Assembly (NCBI GenBank): GCA_013239625.1
Contig: MU054117.1
Coordinates: 3,958,677 to 4,022,676, forward strand
Direction of reading: 5' to 3'
Length of the DNA stretch: 64,000 bases
DNA from: Lama guanicoe
Taxonomy: Eukaryota
The notes beneath the pieces are model-generated. The model made no database searches and was not told the origin of the DNA. It saw nothing but the letters and a program-made list of their open reading frames with translations. Below are positions 1 through 13,825 of this stretch, in pieces. Positions within the stretch are counted from its first letter, which is position 1. Each line of letters opens with the position of its first letter. A program made the position numbers and the translations under genes.

Positions 1-3000
1 TTGGTGGAGAATTTCAGTCTCACGAAACTACGCCGACACATAGTCACCAAAAGGCACCCATCTGGGTTTCAGAGAGACCCGCGTTTGAGTCTCAGCTCTA
101 CTGCTTTGTAGCTGAATGTCCTTGGGCAGGTGGCCAGCTGCTCAGATCACAAGCTCCCTGGCTGCAGAAGGCATTCCTTCCCGGGGTGTTAGGAAGAGCA
201 AATGAGCTGAGGTCCAGGGGCTAAGTTACTTCACCCTTGCTCTCAACCTCCTCTCCTCTGCTCCCTGCTCAGAAAGCTCTGGTGGTCCCTTCCGGTGATC
301 TACAAAGTCAAGACCAAACTCCATCGTGTATGTTTAATACCCCTCACATCTGGCCTGCTACTCACCCACCTGCCATTCCAACCGTATTTTTTTCTATCAC
401 CTTCTCCCGAAGAACCTCCTCTTTGGGCACTTACTTGTCCCTGAACCAGCCATCTGCCTGTCTTCCCAGACCCTCGCACATGCTCCCCATCCCTGCGCCC
501 CAGGCCAGCTCCACCCCATCCTCCGCCTCCCTCGACCATCCTTCCTGCCCCACTTCCTGTGTTCTTGGGGTAGGGCACCCGGCCATCCAGATCCCGCCAT
601 AGAGCAGTCAGCGTAGGGGGGCAGAGAAGACAGAAGTGATCCGTTTCTGGGGCCCTCAGTCCCATGCCCTCCCTTCACACACCCTCTCAGTGTCCCCTAA
701 CTTGCTTTTTCCAGGTATTAACTTACTCTGAACAACTCCCTCCCCCGACCACCACACAGCACACTCACACCGCAGTGTGAGACAATGACCACAGCTTAAA
801 GTATTACGTCCCACGGGGGACTCAGGATCCTAAACCTAAATAATGACTTGCTCGCATCATCAAACGTGGAGATGCGATGTCCCGGGGGCGACAGGAAGGC
901 CTTTCTCACGTCACAGCCGGCTGCCACCGCCCAGGGTGGGCCTGCTGCTGGGGTGGGCGTGTGGCCTCCACTTCCAGCCCTCCCACCCCACCTCCACCTC
1001 TGCCGACCGGTTTATCTGCCTTATTCTGAAATTCAGACCCCCTCGGGTCTTCCTCTCCATGACCCGTTTTCTCTGCCCCCACCCAGCTTCTTTCTTCCTC
1101 TTTCTTCCTGCTACTTCAAGTTCTAATTGCTCCCTGGTGGGGGGGGGACCATCCATCTTGCTCACTAGCTATTCAATTAGAGCGGACCTCAGCCGCCCAT
1201 CTCCTCCCCCGCCGGCCCTCCCTTCCTCCCGCCCTCCCCTCCCCCAGTGTCACCCTTCAGGAAGCAATATATAACACTTTCCATCCACTACTGGCTACCT
1301 GCCATCCCCAGCCTCAGTTCCCATTAACCACGCCAAGGCAAATGAATAAACAAATCTCTACAGGGGAAAGAGAGAGGAAGAGCTGGTTCAGAGCTAATGA
1401 AGGTCACTGCCAGCCAGGCCTCCCGCTCCCGCTTCTAGGAAGCGAGCCCAGGCCCAGGGCGAGGGCTGCCTCCTGGGGCAGGAGCCCTGCGTGTGTCTGT
1501 CTATGGCGTGTTCGCCTGGTCATTCTCTGTCGTAGTTCTGCGTTACGGCTTGCCCTCGTTCGGTCCTCACACACCGCGACGGCTTAGGGGCAGAAAGACA
1601 CGGCGCCCCTCGTCCCGACACACAACACCTGCTGAGACAGCCAGTGAGATGGTGCGCTGTGCGTGCCCGTGTGGTGAAGCCGGCCACTGCAGGAGGGCCG
1701 ACGGGCCCTGTCGTCACTTCAGGGATGGAAAGCATCCCGCCCAAGACCAGAGAGGACGGCGAGCCAGGTCTGCGCATTCCCGTTCCGATCTCTCTTCACT
1801 GGAAAGGAATTTGAGTCTCCGACAGATTTCTCAGAGAGGGGCGCACGCGCCTCTGGGAACGCCTGGCTTCGTGCCAGGGAGCCGTGACGCCACCGGACAA
1901 AGAAGATGCTTTTTCCCAGATGGTCAATTTTACTTGATTGGAGGTAATTTGAGGCATAACTTCATATTAATAATATGAATCTCATTACAATATTTATAAC
2001 ATACACACGCATATGTTATACATAAACACATGTATATATTAGGAAATAGAAAAAATTTTCACGTTTGCTTTTATGCGGCTCCACAACCACTTTTGAGTGA
2101 CAGAAGCCAATCTGAACAATGTCTTGAGGGTCGGCGGACGCCGATCTGTCATTCAGAGTGTTCCTGCTAGGGACCGGGTGGCAGCACTCGGCCACGCCCT
2201 TTGAGAACCCAAAGAAGAGGTGGCATGATGCCAGGAAGGAGGGGGGAGCTGCCTTCAGTCACTTCTCAGGATTGACACTTGGGAGACACAGGAGGCGACG
2301 GTCACTGAAAACCTGCTATGCTCCTCATACTGGGATAAGCGCTTCATAAGGATTTTCTCTTTTTCATCCAGGACGCACGCGCACACCACCCCTTTGATGT
2401 CGGTGTGATTACCTCCATTTCAGAGACGGGGCAGACAGGGCTTGGAGAGGCAGCCAGCACCCTGGAACCTGGGACTTACTGGTTCTGAAGCCTGAGCTTG
2501 TTCATAAAACCAACGGTTGTCAAATTGCCTCCGTAAAAGAGGCCCCTTTAATACACCATCCTTCCTCTTGGCGCTTCTGTATGAAATTAGGTTTTTAAAA
2601 ATCTTACACCTAATGCTTGGGGCGCATGAATCTGCAGCAAGCTTGCATTAACCATGCAGAAGGATGACAGAGCTTCCTGGGTCCACGTAAGGAAGCAATC
2701 ACATGCTTTGACCACGGAGATTTCACATTGGAGCCTAAATTTTATTCTTTCTTCTCTAGCCCCTCACTTCTGAGAATAACAGGTGTGAATTATTCTATAT
2801 TTCCAAGGAGATGTCGGAATCTCCTTGAGAAAAATCAAAACCAAGCTGCTTTGCGAATAAATCTATGCTGAATGAGTGAATTACTATAACCGTTCTAGGT
2901 TCATTCGTCAATGTTGCCTCATCCTTCAGCCGCGCTCTTATTTGCTTTAGAGGACCCACTACCTTCAACCCTGGAGAGCTTGCCTGGCCTTGAGATCACT

Positions 3001-3618
3001 GGTCTCCCTGTCCCGAAAGGGCAGAGACAGTCTTGCTCTCTTGCAGAACTGCACATGGAGACACTGGGACGCAGAATCGAAATGAGTTATTGATTGAATA
3101 TGAAATATTCAGATTGATCCACACATAAATCTTAAAACCGCAGAGAGCTCTAAGAGAACAGGTTTTCAAAAATGGTGAGACACTCCCCTTTGACACGGAG
3201 GACTGAAGTCTAATCAGGCTTCTGTCTCCAAACTCTTATCAAAGTAGAAATTCTGCAGCAAGCTGTGCACAGCCCCAGCATGCTGAGCGGAGGCGGCTTA
3301 AAACACAGGGAGCATTTGTGATGTGCTCTCAGGAAGCCTCTCCGCCTTGACATGATGTCTTCCTCACTGGCCTTCTGGTGGTACTTGGCAGGCCCGCATT
3401 CATTTCTTTGGGCTAATACATTGCTTTTTCTGGAACAGGTGCAATGGTGACAAGAGTGGAGACTGGGCAGTTCTGGTAAGACTAGTGAAGAACGGGCGGT
3501 CCAGAGCTTGAGACCCTGTGAAGGCAGGCTTGGGAGAGGACGTCCTGCCAGGCAGGTGGAAGTCTGACAGCGCAGTGAGGCTGCTGGGCTTTCAAGGAAA
3601 GGGAAAAGAATAGAGAAT

Positions 3619-3690
3619 TGTGTGTGCATGTGCGTGTGTGTGAGTGTGTGTGTGTGCAGTGTGTGCGTGTGTGCGTGTGCATGTGTGTGC
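3619..3690. repeat. Imperfect (TG)n microsatellite
   Basis: TGTGTGTGCATGTGCGTGTGTG... directly visible. Confidence 0.9.
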
Positions 3691-5200
3691 AGGGAAGGGG
3701 ACTCTCTAAGAGACATTCCCCAGCCAGGCTGCCCAGCAGAGCTTGGAGGAGGGCCAGTGATGGCTACTATTTCCCTTCTGATCCACTCCACCTCCATATT
3801 CTATCTCCTCCCAACTGTATGTGGAATAGTTGGAAAGCATTTTGGATAGCTTTCAGCATCACCCGGCACGCTGGGGAACTAGTCTCCCCAAAACAGACAG
3901 CTGCAAAGGATAGTTGGGCCTGGAACCGAACTGAAAGTCAAGAGGCCTTGTTTCCATTCTGGCTCTGCCAGTACGAGGTGGATGGTCTTAGCATCTCTGT
4001 GGCTCTATCGTTCAGTGTTGAACTGATTCTCTCAGTTCCCTGGAAGCACCTCAATTTGCTGTTGGTCCCTGTGTCTTGGAGTTACATATTCAACCAGATC
4101 AACTCTCTTTAGCTGCAAGCAATAGCCAGTAAACCGTATAGTCTCTGAGTGTGTGTGTGTATGTGCGTGCATGTGTGTGTGTGTGTTCATGCATAAGGAG
4201 CAGATTGGGGAGACAAATGTCATCTCCTCTGTTCATTTGTACAGTAAACAAACTTGTAGAGCGTTGGACACTAAGTCAGACAGTCACGCCTTGCAACTAA
4301 ATCTTTGTGATCTTGAGGAAATATATATATAAATTGGGGCACTCACAAGATTATGCGAGTGAGTGTGCTACGAGGACACAGGTAAAGGACCTTTACCATA
4401 GGCAGGGTGCAGTGAGAACGTTACCCAAGAAGACAGTCTGGAAAATTTGTCCTTTGAGAAAGGAAAGGGAAAAGGTCACGCTGGGTATATCTTGGCCCCA
4501 ACATCCCTTTTCCCTCAAGTAGAAAAGAAGTTGGCTCAGTAAAAGCAGAGTCCTCACTGTGCCCCTATAAATGGGCTGAGATCTTTCCCCAAAGCGTAAT
4601 TATGCATCGGACATTCTCTTACTATATTTATGTGGGAAAGAAAGAAAGCGATTCACAGCCTCCTCAGTTCCTTTTCTTGCTGCTCTCCGTTTGTCTTTGT
4701 TGCTGGCATGTTATTTCACTAAAGAGGAATGTCCTATTTTTAAGAGGTGGCAGGCAGTATGTGGGCTGGAGGTTACACTAATACATTTCGACATGGAAAA
4801 AAAATAAAAGAAGACCTTCTCTTCTTTCCTTATGATAAAGAAAAGCCAAGCCAAGAATCTGGAAACTCACTGTCACCCCAAAGCGATGCAAAGGTCTTCA
4901 GGAGGGAAGAGACGTCTTCAGAGGCCTGAGCATGCGCCTGGCTGGGGGTGGGGAGTGGGGCCCCTGTCATTTTATCACTGCGCTGGACTCCTGGGAGCTC
5001 CCCAGATCTCTCCGTGGCTGGATACGCCCTTTCCCCCAGAAGGTGATGCTCACATCCAAGTTCTCTGCCGCGAGGCCGACCCCAGAGTCTTCCTGTCATT
5101 CGTTACACCTTTATTGATTATCTTCTACATTCCAAGAAGCTCTAAGTATTAAAAATGTAAAGAATTCCACGATGAACAAGAACATGTTGCTTGTTAACTT

Positions 5201-5620
5201 GTGTACAAGTCTGCTGGGGCTGACATAATGAAACACCATGGACTTGGTGGAGTGGGTGGAGAGTTAAACAACAGAAATTTATCTTCTCACAGTTCCAGTG
5301 GCTGGAAGTTCAAGGTCAAGGTGTCACAGGGTGGGTTCCTTCTGCAGCCTCTCTCCTTGACTTGTAAGATGACCACAACCGCCTTCTCACCATGTCCTCA
5401 CACGCCTTTTCCTCCGTGTGCGGGCACCCCTGCTGCCTGTGTGTGTCCAAATTTCCTCTTCCCTAAGGACGCCAGTGGGACTGGATTAGGCTCCACCCTG
5501 ACAGACTCATTTTAACTTAACCACGTCTTTAAAGGCCCTGTCCCCAAATGCAGTCACATTCTGAAGTATTGGGAGCTGGGGCTTCAACGAATGAATTTGA
5601 GACACAATTCAGCTCAAAAG
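5201..5620. mobile_element. MaLR solo LTR (MLT1-type)
   Basis: Diagnostic motifs: TTAAACAACAGAAATTTATCTTCTCACAGTTC...GGCTGGAAGTTCAAGGTCAAGGTG...TCATTTTAACTTAA...GTCACATTCTGA...ACACAATTCAGC. Confidence 0.85.
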
Positions 5621-8049
5621 ACCAAAGCAGCTTCCTGTCCTCAGAAGGAAACAGACCCCGTAAGCCAATTTACAGTAAAAAACAAAAAAGCTTCGGCTTT
5701 TATAAAGGAGCGACCGATGGAAAGCACCTTCTGGCCAGAGTAGGTCCTACAGACGCGTTTGCTGAAATGAGCTCCTCGAAGCATCCGGGCAAATCCAGCA
5801 ATGCCAGGCTCTGTTCCTGACTCCAGGAGAGAGCTCATTTTAAAGGCAGAGGTTGATCCCAGGCAGAAGGAGCAGCTGATGCAAAGGCACAGTGGTGGCA
5901 AGGTCCTAGTGCAAGAGTTGGGTGCACAGGGCGCTGTCTGACAGGGGAGGGTTAGGAGAGGAACAGACAACGTAGGCTGAGCCCAGAGGGTGAAAGATGG
6001 GGCACGTGGGCTGCGGATCCCGACTTCATCCTATCGCTCAATGGTGGGGTTGGCGCTTGGAGAAGGGAGGCTGTTTTGACTTGATGATCTTGTTGTTTTG
6101 GACATATTGCAGAAGCAGCGGTGCAGAGAACTGGCCAGCATGGGGGGAGATGCAGACATGTGGACGGGGACCCCGCTGAGGAAGTGACCTCATGCGTCCG
6201 GCCGTTTCAGAAAGCGAGGAAGGCCTGGAGGTGGGAGCTGAGGCTGCCTTCATCGCAGAGGTGTCTGGGCACCGCTCTCTTACTCTCTCAGAACACACAA
6301 ATGCCAGGGAGGTCACATTTGGGGAAAGGTCACTGGCCTACAGGCACAGCGCTGTTAGTTCCCTGTACTTGAGCCAAAGCCACGCTGAGGGCAGAAGGGA
6401 ATGAGATCAGAGGCTCCCAAGAGCTACAGGGAGTCTCTCCAGCCGTGGTAGCTATTGGAGAATTAAAGTACTTCTTGGAAAGGTAAGATATAGCTCCTCT
6501 CTCCCATCATATTATCCCTGAAGGAGAAGCCTGTGCCTTCTGCTGGCTGCCTGATGTGTTCAACTCTAAACACCAAGGTCACATCCTGTGAATGATGCTG
6601 GAGACCTTCCGTCCGAGACACGAGTCAGGTGGGTCCACCTGCTGCAGCAGACGAGGCTTCTCCACCATTAGGATCAGAAACCTGCCTCCTGCGGGTGCAC
6701 GAGTCAAACATTTTCCTGCTTCCAAAGGGCCATAGGATTTGGGTTTCTTTCTTGTAACTTCTCACTCCTTCGCTCAGCTTTTGTCAAAGACCTTTTCTAT
6801 GTCGAGCTAACGGCAGGTACTGGTGATATAGGATGACCCTGGCCCAAACCAGAGCCGTTTTTTGCTGTCTGATAGGGACCAGGCAAACATGTACAAACGG
6901 GTGAATTAAAATACTCTATGACACGTACCTTATTTGAACGGGGAGCTAAGGGGACCACAGTGGAAAAGCCACACCGGAGTGACTGCCGCCCTCAGGCAGA
7001 ACATCCCAAGGTGTACAGGGCGTGATGATGGCCCCAGGACGCTGGGGCCAAAAGCATGGTTGCTGGGCTTGTATGGGCAGCAGGAATTCCTACAGTGAGT
7101 ATTCTCTGGGTGAAGCCCTATTCAAATCTGGGGGTGTTTTCTTCCAATCATATCCTAATATTTCAGCTCTGTCACTTAAAATAACCACTCACCCAGACAA
7201 CATGAAAAGACGTACATCCATCAGTCACTGACAAAGCCATTAGTCACTCAAACGTCTATCAACTATCTCTTACCTAAAATGTGCTGCATCTGGGGACTGT
7301 GTGGGGGTAAAGAGGAGGGAGGGAAGTGAGGGAGAGGGTTGACTCTCTGGACTGTCAGGCATGATATCGGGCATAGGGTGTATGTTACGTTATTTATTTT
7401 TGAAATGAAAGTGTTGTTACTATCTATTTTTAGAGGTCAAGATACAGGTGACATGAGTCGCTCAAGTTCATACAGACAGCAATGGGCAGTCATCGTCATT
7501 TTGATGCCCATGTCCAGTTCATCACTCCCTGGCCCTCCAGCAGCAGCGCATGGCGTCTGTTTTGAAAGGAAAGGAAGGGAGAGGGAAACACGCAGGTGTG
7601 GGATGAAGCAGCAGCCTGGGCCTCTGAGCGGGAGGGGATGCCCGCCTCAAACCCCCCCACGGCTGACTTTTCCCTGCTGCCCGGAAGCCCACCGGGAGCG
7701 TGTCCGCACGCTGCCGCGTCTGTGGTCTTCCCGGGTCCGCTGGAGACCCTTGCGTTTCATGTATCAACACGCTGCTGTTTTTCAGAGGGACGCGCATGTT
7801 AGGATTATCAAAACAAACCTCCATTTAAAAGAATTGAATTTATATCTTTCTGTGGTCATGAATCTTCTCGGTTAATGGATACTTAGAGGGCAGTTGCTAC
7901 TCTGTGTCGGGGACGATAACATTCTTGTTTCTTGGCATCAAACCAGGGTCCTCATTTTAGAATAGGCTGTGTGTCAGAGGACTAAAGGAATCGTCTGGTT
8001 CCCTCTGGTTAACATCTTTCAAGGTTATAGCTCATGCAGCCTGCCTGCC

Positions 8050-8240
8050 AGACACCGTGATAAGAACTTTAACTGCTGCCTCACTTGAGCTTTATGGCAG
8101 CTCTGTAAGCGGGTAGCAGTATCATCCGCGTTTCACATGAGGCTGCCAAGGCTCAGAAACATCAAGTGACTCACCCAAGGTCACACAGCTGAGTCCTTGA
8201 GCTGAGGTTTGGCCCTGCGCAGATCCCAGCCCCTAACCAC
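8050..8240 (-). mobile_element. MIR SINE
   Basis: CCGCGTTTCACATGAGG..CCAAGGCTCAGAAACATCAAGTGACTCACCCAAGGTCACACAGCT, reverse MIR core. Confidence 0.7.
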
Positions 8241-8846
8241 TGGCCTCTCTTCCTTGTGTGGTAAGCTGTGTTTCTGCCTCCTTTCTGATGCTGTCTCAGA
8301 CCCAGACTGGGGCTTCCTCCCGGAATCCAGCTTCATCTCACGGGTTTGAAAAAGACCCTTAAGCATATTCTCAAAAGGGACTATTCAATAAATTGGGAAA
8401 TTTCAGTGGAGTTTATTTGTCATCCTAATGGGCTGGTGCTCTGGACATGATCGCACACAAGATAAACTATCCAGTGGAGAGAAAAGGAAATTCCTTGCAC
8501 TCAGAGCCAGGCACCGAGACAAAACTGCGCGGGGACTCGGGAAGATGCTTCTGCTAATCGGCGGCGAGGGGCTTTGGGCGCTGAGCTCCTCCGCCAGTTC
8601 GACCTCCCCTGTACCCGGCCATCGCGTCTGATCAGCTTCCCTGGCATTAGCTCCCTTGAAAGGGGATCTAAAGTTCACTTGGTGCAGCCCAAGGTTGCAC
8701 TGATTCTGATTCTGTCTTCGAGGGACCCTCCACTCTTGTCCACGTGAGCCTGACTGCTGAACCCCTATCCTGGCCGAACTGTCTTTACATCAAAATGCAG
8801 GACTTGAATTGAACATCCCTTTCCTTCACTTTTCTTTTCCCTTAAC

Positions 8847-8921
8847 GGAGGCACTGGGGATTGAGCCCAGGAACTGGTACGTGCCAAGCACGCGCTCTGC
8901 TGCTGAGCTGTGCCCGCCCCC
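8847..8921 (-). mobile_element. tRNA-Ala-derived SINE (camelid Vic-1-like), diverged head
   Basis: Reverse complement reads as a tRNA-Ala-like head (...CAGCTCAGCAGCAGAGCGCGTGCTTGGCACG...CTGGGCTCAATCCCCAGTGCCTCC). Confidence 0.75.
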
Positions 8922-9067
8922 CACCACCTTCGTTTTTAATTTGATATTACTAGTGTTTACCCAGCATTACAAGTCTCAAAATTCTTTTGAATATTATTCT
9001 GCCATGGATCATATCAACAGATATTTCTGAGACTGGAGCAATTCACAAATTGGGAAAACTTGGACTC

Positions 9068-9170
9068 CTTTTTTTTTCAATGTTTTATTTTTGTTTTTTT
9101 TGTTTTAGGGGAAGGTAATTAGGTTTGTTTGTTTACTGATTTATTTTTAATATAGGTGCTGAGGATGGCA
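9068..9170 (-). mobile_element. 3' part of a Vic-1-like SINE (5' truncated)
   Basis: T-rich tail plus GGGGAAGGTAATTAGGTTTGTTT...AGGTGCTGAGGAT, the same body as the copies at 13.7 kb and 52.3 kb. Confidence 0.6.
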
Positions 9171-9359
9171 AAGCTTGAACTCTCAAGTATCTTCTTCCAA
9201 GTCATTGGTGGAAAGTATGGAACATGGACACAGCTCTGTTTATGTCTCTTGGGACTTGACTGCAGGCTGACCTCAACCCATGGAGATACCGGTTCCTGTG
9301 TGACCAGTCCACTCAGGAGCAAGTGGACAGCCCAAGTGCAGCTGCAACCCGATTGCTGG

Positions 9360-10830
9360 GTGCAGTGTTTTAAATATTTGTTGTCAATAAGTTCAAGTTT
9401 GTTTAGCATGCTGCACAGATCTTTTATAACCTTACTGATTTTTTTGTGTCTATTTGATCCACCAGTTATGGAGAAGGATGCCTTAAGATCTCTCACCATC
9501 ATTGCAGATTCGTCTGTTTCTCCTTTGTGTGTGTGTGTGTGTGTGCATGCGTGCGTGTGTTATATCATATTTGTATAATGTATATATGTTACTAGGTGCA
9601 CGGAAGTTCAGGTTTTAAGTGTATGGAAACTTATTGTTTTAAAATGTCCCTCTTTATTTCCAGTAATGACTCTTGCCTTAGTCTTTATTTTGTCTGATAT
9701 TAATCCAGTTACATCACTTTAGTTTTGAAAATGTTTTCATGGTATATGTTTTACAATCATCTTGCTTTCAAACGTTCCCCACATAATTGCCATGTAATTT
9801 TTTTAATCCAGTTGTGTTCTTTAATTGAGGTAATTAGGTTACTTCATTTCAATGCGTTCATTCATAAATGTATCAAACTGACATATGTGGGTCTACTTCC
9901 CTACCACCTTCCTCTCAGTTCTCTCTCACCCGCACCACATTCCTTTCTTCTCTTTTCTGGCTTCCTTCGGGATTAACATTTTTCTCAACCCCCATGTTAG
10001 CATCTTAAGTCAACCTTCGTTTACCATTCATTTTGTGGTCATCATGGTGCCTACAACATGGAATTTTGAGTTGTTCGAGTCTGATACACATCAGTACCAC
10101 CACCACTCCCCAGAGAATGCAAGAACCTTAGAACTTTCATCTATTCACAGCTCCCTGCCTTTTGTGCTATTTCTGTCATGGGATTTAATGCCACAAGCTA
10201 TTTTATGGTTCCATAGTGTTAGTCTCCATTCACACTTGCCGCATATCTAACCTTTCTGTCACTTTCTTTCCTGTATTTCCTCGCTTTTATATGTCATCGT
10301 TTTCCTCATTCAGGAATAAATCCCTTTAATGTTTCCTTAGGCCCAGATCTTCCAGTAACAAATTATCTCAAATTTTAATTATCTGAAGATAACTTTATTC
10401 CACATATTTTTGAAGGATATTTTTACTACATAAGGAATTCAAGACTGACAGTAATTTTCTTCCGTACTTGGACACTCTCTTGTCTTCTAACTCTGTGGTT
10501 TCTATTGAAAAGTCATCAGTAAATCTTATTGCAACTGAGGTAACATGTCTTTTTTCCTCTGGTACTTTTCCTTTTTTCCTTTTGTCTTTGATTTCAGCAG
10601 ATTTATTATGGTGTGCCAAGTGTCGTTTCCTTTCTATTTGTCTTGTTCAGGTATGTTGAACTTGAGTACGTGGGTTGGTGTCTTTCATCAATTTTCAAAA
10701 ATCCTGGGCCCTTAAATCTTCAGATATTCCTACTACACCATTTTCTACTTCTTTTTCTTATGGGACACATTATTTGTATATTAGATACTTTTCTCTGTGT
10801 ATCATATGTTCACACATCCTTCACAATGTT
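9360..10830 (-). mobile_element. Ancient L1 (L1M-type) fragment spanning the ORF1 C-terminus, inter-ORF region and ORF2 endonuclease start
   Basis: Minus-strand translations MMVRDLKASFSITGGSNRHKKISKVIKDLCSMLNKLELID (L1 EN GDFN..LS..DRS.RQKI.K...DL...L..LDLID-like) and EEKRHVT..IRFTDDFSIET (ORF1 REKR.IT...IRLTADFS.ET-like). AT-rich and heavily decayed. Confidence 0.8.
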
Positions 10831-11413
10831 GTTTCAAGGTGGTCCTTATGCCTGAGTTTGTCCAGTGACAGAGAACAACTCACCAGCTTGGAGGCAGTGG
10901 GTTCTATTTTAGGAAATTCTGTGTGTCAGAACCATCACTTTATCTTGACTTGAAATTCACACCCTTGTAAATTCCACTCATCAATCCTAGTCCTACCCTT
11001 TGGGGTCTTACACAACAGCCACATTTCTCATTTACATTATGATCCTCTAGATATCGGGGTCTTTGCAACTACTGCTTACTGTATGGTCCTAAACTCCAGA
11101 GATCCACAATGCCAATAACAGATACTGGTGTCAGTTCTTTCACAAAGAAGGAGGAAGGATGTGAATAGGACAGCAAAGGACTTAACTCGAGGTTTCACTG
11201 ATAGCTTTATTGCAAGAAATCACATAAAATAAAATAAAACTGACTATACTTCAATAAAAATATTTAAAAAAATAAAATTAGAAAATAAATAGTTTACCAA
11301 AGAAGCATTTCCTCAACAAAGACAGATCCTTTTGCTGTCTGTAATGCAAAGGAAAGAAGAGGAAAGAGCAAGAACTATATGGGAGGGGAAAAAGATTCAT
11401 TCAGGTGAGAATA

Positions 11414-11625
11414 TTTTTTTTTTATTATAACTTTTTTTTATTGAGTTATACTCAGTTTACAATGTTGTGTCAATTTCCAGTGTAGAGCACACTTTTTCAG
11501 TTATACATGAACGTACATATATTCATTGTCACATTCTTTTTCACTGTGAGTTACCACAAGAATTTTGTGCATATTTCCCTGTGCTATACAGTATAATCTT
11601 GTTTATCTATTCTACATCTTAAACA
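11414..11625 (-). mobile_element. L1 3' end fragment
   Basis: poly-T then TTGAGTTATACTCAGTTTACAATGTTGTGTCAATTTCCAGTGTAGAGCA...TTCCCTGTGCTATACAGTA, typical artiodactyl L1 3'UTR. Confidence 0.8.
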
Positions 11626-13669
11626 ATTATCTATACTGTTATTGAAAATAGAGTTTATCTAACTAAGCCTCTCTCTTCAGAAAGCACCCACCCTACGTCA
11701 TCAAAAACAGGAGAGTATCCATTCTACTTTTGAAGTGGTCCTTCAACCTCTGCCGTGATTAAACCTCTTTTCTATTTCCTACTGAAACCTTGGCTTCTGC
11801 ATGTTAAGGTAATTCTCTCTTGCCTTGCCAGTAGTGCAATGGCAACAAAATAAAGAAAATGAAATATTAAAATAGGTTGATGCAAACAATGAAATAGAAG
11901 AAAGAAGAAAAGGTAAGGAGTTCGAGGGAAATGGAACAGCACTGCCAGAAAGAAAGCAGGAGATGTGTCTGTTTCCTGGGGGTTGTAGAGACAGAGCGGA
12001 CCAAGAACAGCAGCCTGGGAGTCAGGAGTTTGGGTTCCAGGCTCTCACTGACAAGTATCATTTTTTGTGTCATCTCCAGCTGGTCCCTTCATTTCCCTGA
12101 GTCTTATTAACTTTCTCTGTTAAATGGGAGATTTCACTAGGGAAATCTCAGGTACTTACCAACTCTGAAGGAACTCAGTCCTGCATGTGTTGATGCTACG
12201 TTGCAGCCAGTCTGTCTTCCAGTCTGAGCTAGGGAGTGTGGACCAGTGGTTCCCACTGTGAATCTCCTGCCAGTTCCCATCTTAACCATGGACTCCCCCC
12301 AGGAAAACGCATAGCCTGGGGGGTGTTAATGTCCTTGTGGAGAAGGCTATTTCCAACTTGGTTGTGTATCTCTTTTATTAGCTTCATTTTTTAAGATGTC
12401 CATAAATTCAGTTGGGGGAGACCGATACAGGTGGAAAGATAATCACTGTCATCATTTGCAAAGTTACTTTTTCTATTTCACTCCGCAGGAGCTAATTTCT
12501 AACTTCTGGATTCATTGTTGAAAACTTTTGGCAAAAGACCTTTGAGGCAGTGGGAGAAGGACCAGTGAAATTCTCCGCTCCTTGTTTGGAGGCAGAGAGG
12601 CTGGACATCGTGGAGCAGTAAAATAAAAACCCCATGCCTCATAGCACTGTCTTGGCAGCAGCTCCAGATTGTAAAGCTCATTCACAGGCAGGTTCCGTAC
12701 GCTGGCTTGCCTACTGTGGCTGAGCTGGAAGTGGCGTTCAAGTCCGTGTCTAACTAGAGGAGGAGACCTTTGCAGGCGTGCACATTTGTGACTGGATGGG
12801 ATCCAAATACAACATATGCAACAATCCATCAATTGCCCATAATGCTCTAACCCAGCATTGTATAGTTTGGGGGCGGGCATTTGCAGACTTATTAGAGACC
12901 CAGCTTTTCCCGTGTATGTTTGGATGCTGCCAACACTAGCAGTTTTGATGAGAGGCCTTTTAATCTTGGGAGCAAAGCCAATGGCCTGCCCCCTTGGAAG
13001 CAAGTCTTAGTAACCCGGTGTCACGTGGCTTTCTCCTGACTGCTCGTGTGGCTCTCTTACCCCAGGCTGTCATTTTGTTATACAGGCTGTGTCCTGGCAA
13101 GGAAATCTGCTAATGAGACGGGCGGGTGCTGAAATCAGCCTTTCTTCCTCGTACCAAGTCGCTGTTCTGGGGTGAGCAACCTCCATCTACAAGCTCACAA
13201 AGGGCCATAGGTGGACTTGCCCCTCGTCCACTCCACGTCCATCCCCTTCCTTCAGTCACTGCCCTGGGACGACCCTGAGCCAAGGAGGGTCTACTGATCC
13301 TGCACCCCTGCTATTGCTGGCCTTGGCCTTGTCTTTGGACCTGAGCCAGGAGGCCGCGCTCACCTCTAAGCTCCTCTGAGTGATCTCAGCCAAGTCGCTT
13401 GTCTCTTCTTAGGCCTGTTTCCTCATTTGGAAATACATCCCTCTCTCAAAGTTGGATGGTGTAGAAGTAACAAGCAGTTTGTGTTCAAACCTCTGTTTGG
13501 CCGCTTTTTCACTCCCTCTGTATCCCCTGGCAAGTTACATAAATTCTTTATGCCTGAATTTGTTTAATCAATAAAGTGGAGATAATAATGGTACTTATCA
13601 ACATATTACTGAATCCTTAGAAAACCCTACAAGCTGATATTATTAGTGTCTTCACTTTACATACATTTT

Positions 13670-13825
13670 CGTTTTTTTTTCTTTTTAAAAATTTTGAGGG
13701 GGAGTAGTTAGGTTTTATTTTAATTATTTAATTAATTAAATTTTTAATGGAGGGACTGGGGATGGAACCCAGGACCTCGTGCCTGCTAAGCATGCCGCCC
13801 TACCGCTGAGCTATGCCCACTCCCC
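13670..13825 (-). mobile_element. tRNA-Ala-derived SINE (Vic-1-like)
   Basis: GGGGATGGAACCCAGGACCTCGTGCCTGCTAAGCATGCC..CTACCGCTGAGCTAT plus the AT-rich body and T tail. Confidence 0.85.

Noticed and set aside
9119..10619. ORFs with L1 endonuclease/ORF1 similarity as functional genes
   Set aside because: Short, frameshifted and degraded at conserved motifs; a fossil L1.
13750..13820. tRNA-like sequences (also 8847-8921 and 52312-52384) as tRNA genes
   Set aside because: They carry SINE bodies/tails and stem mismatches, so they are retroposed SINE heads.
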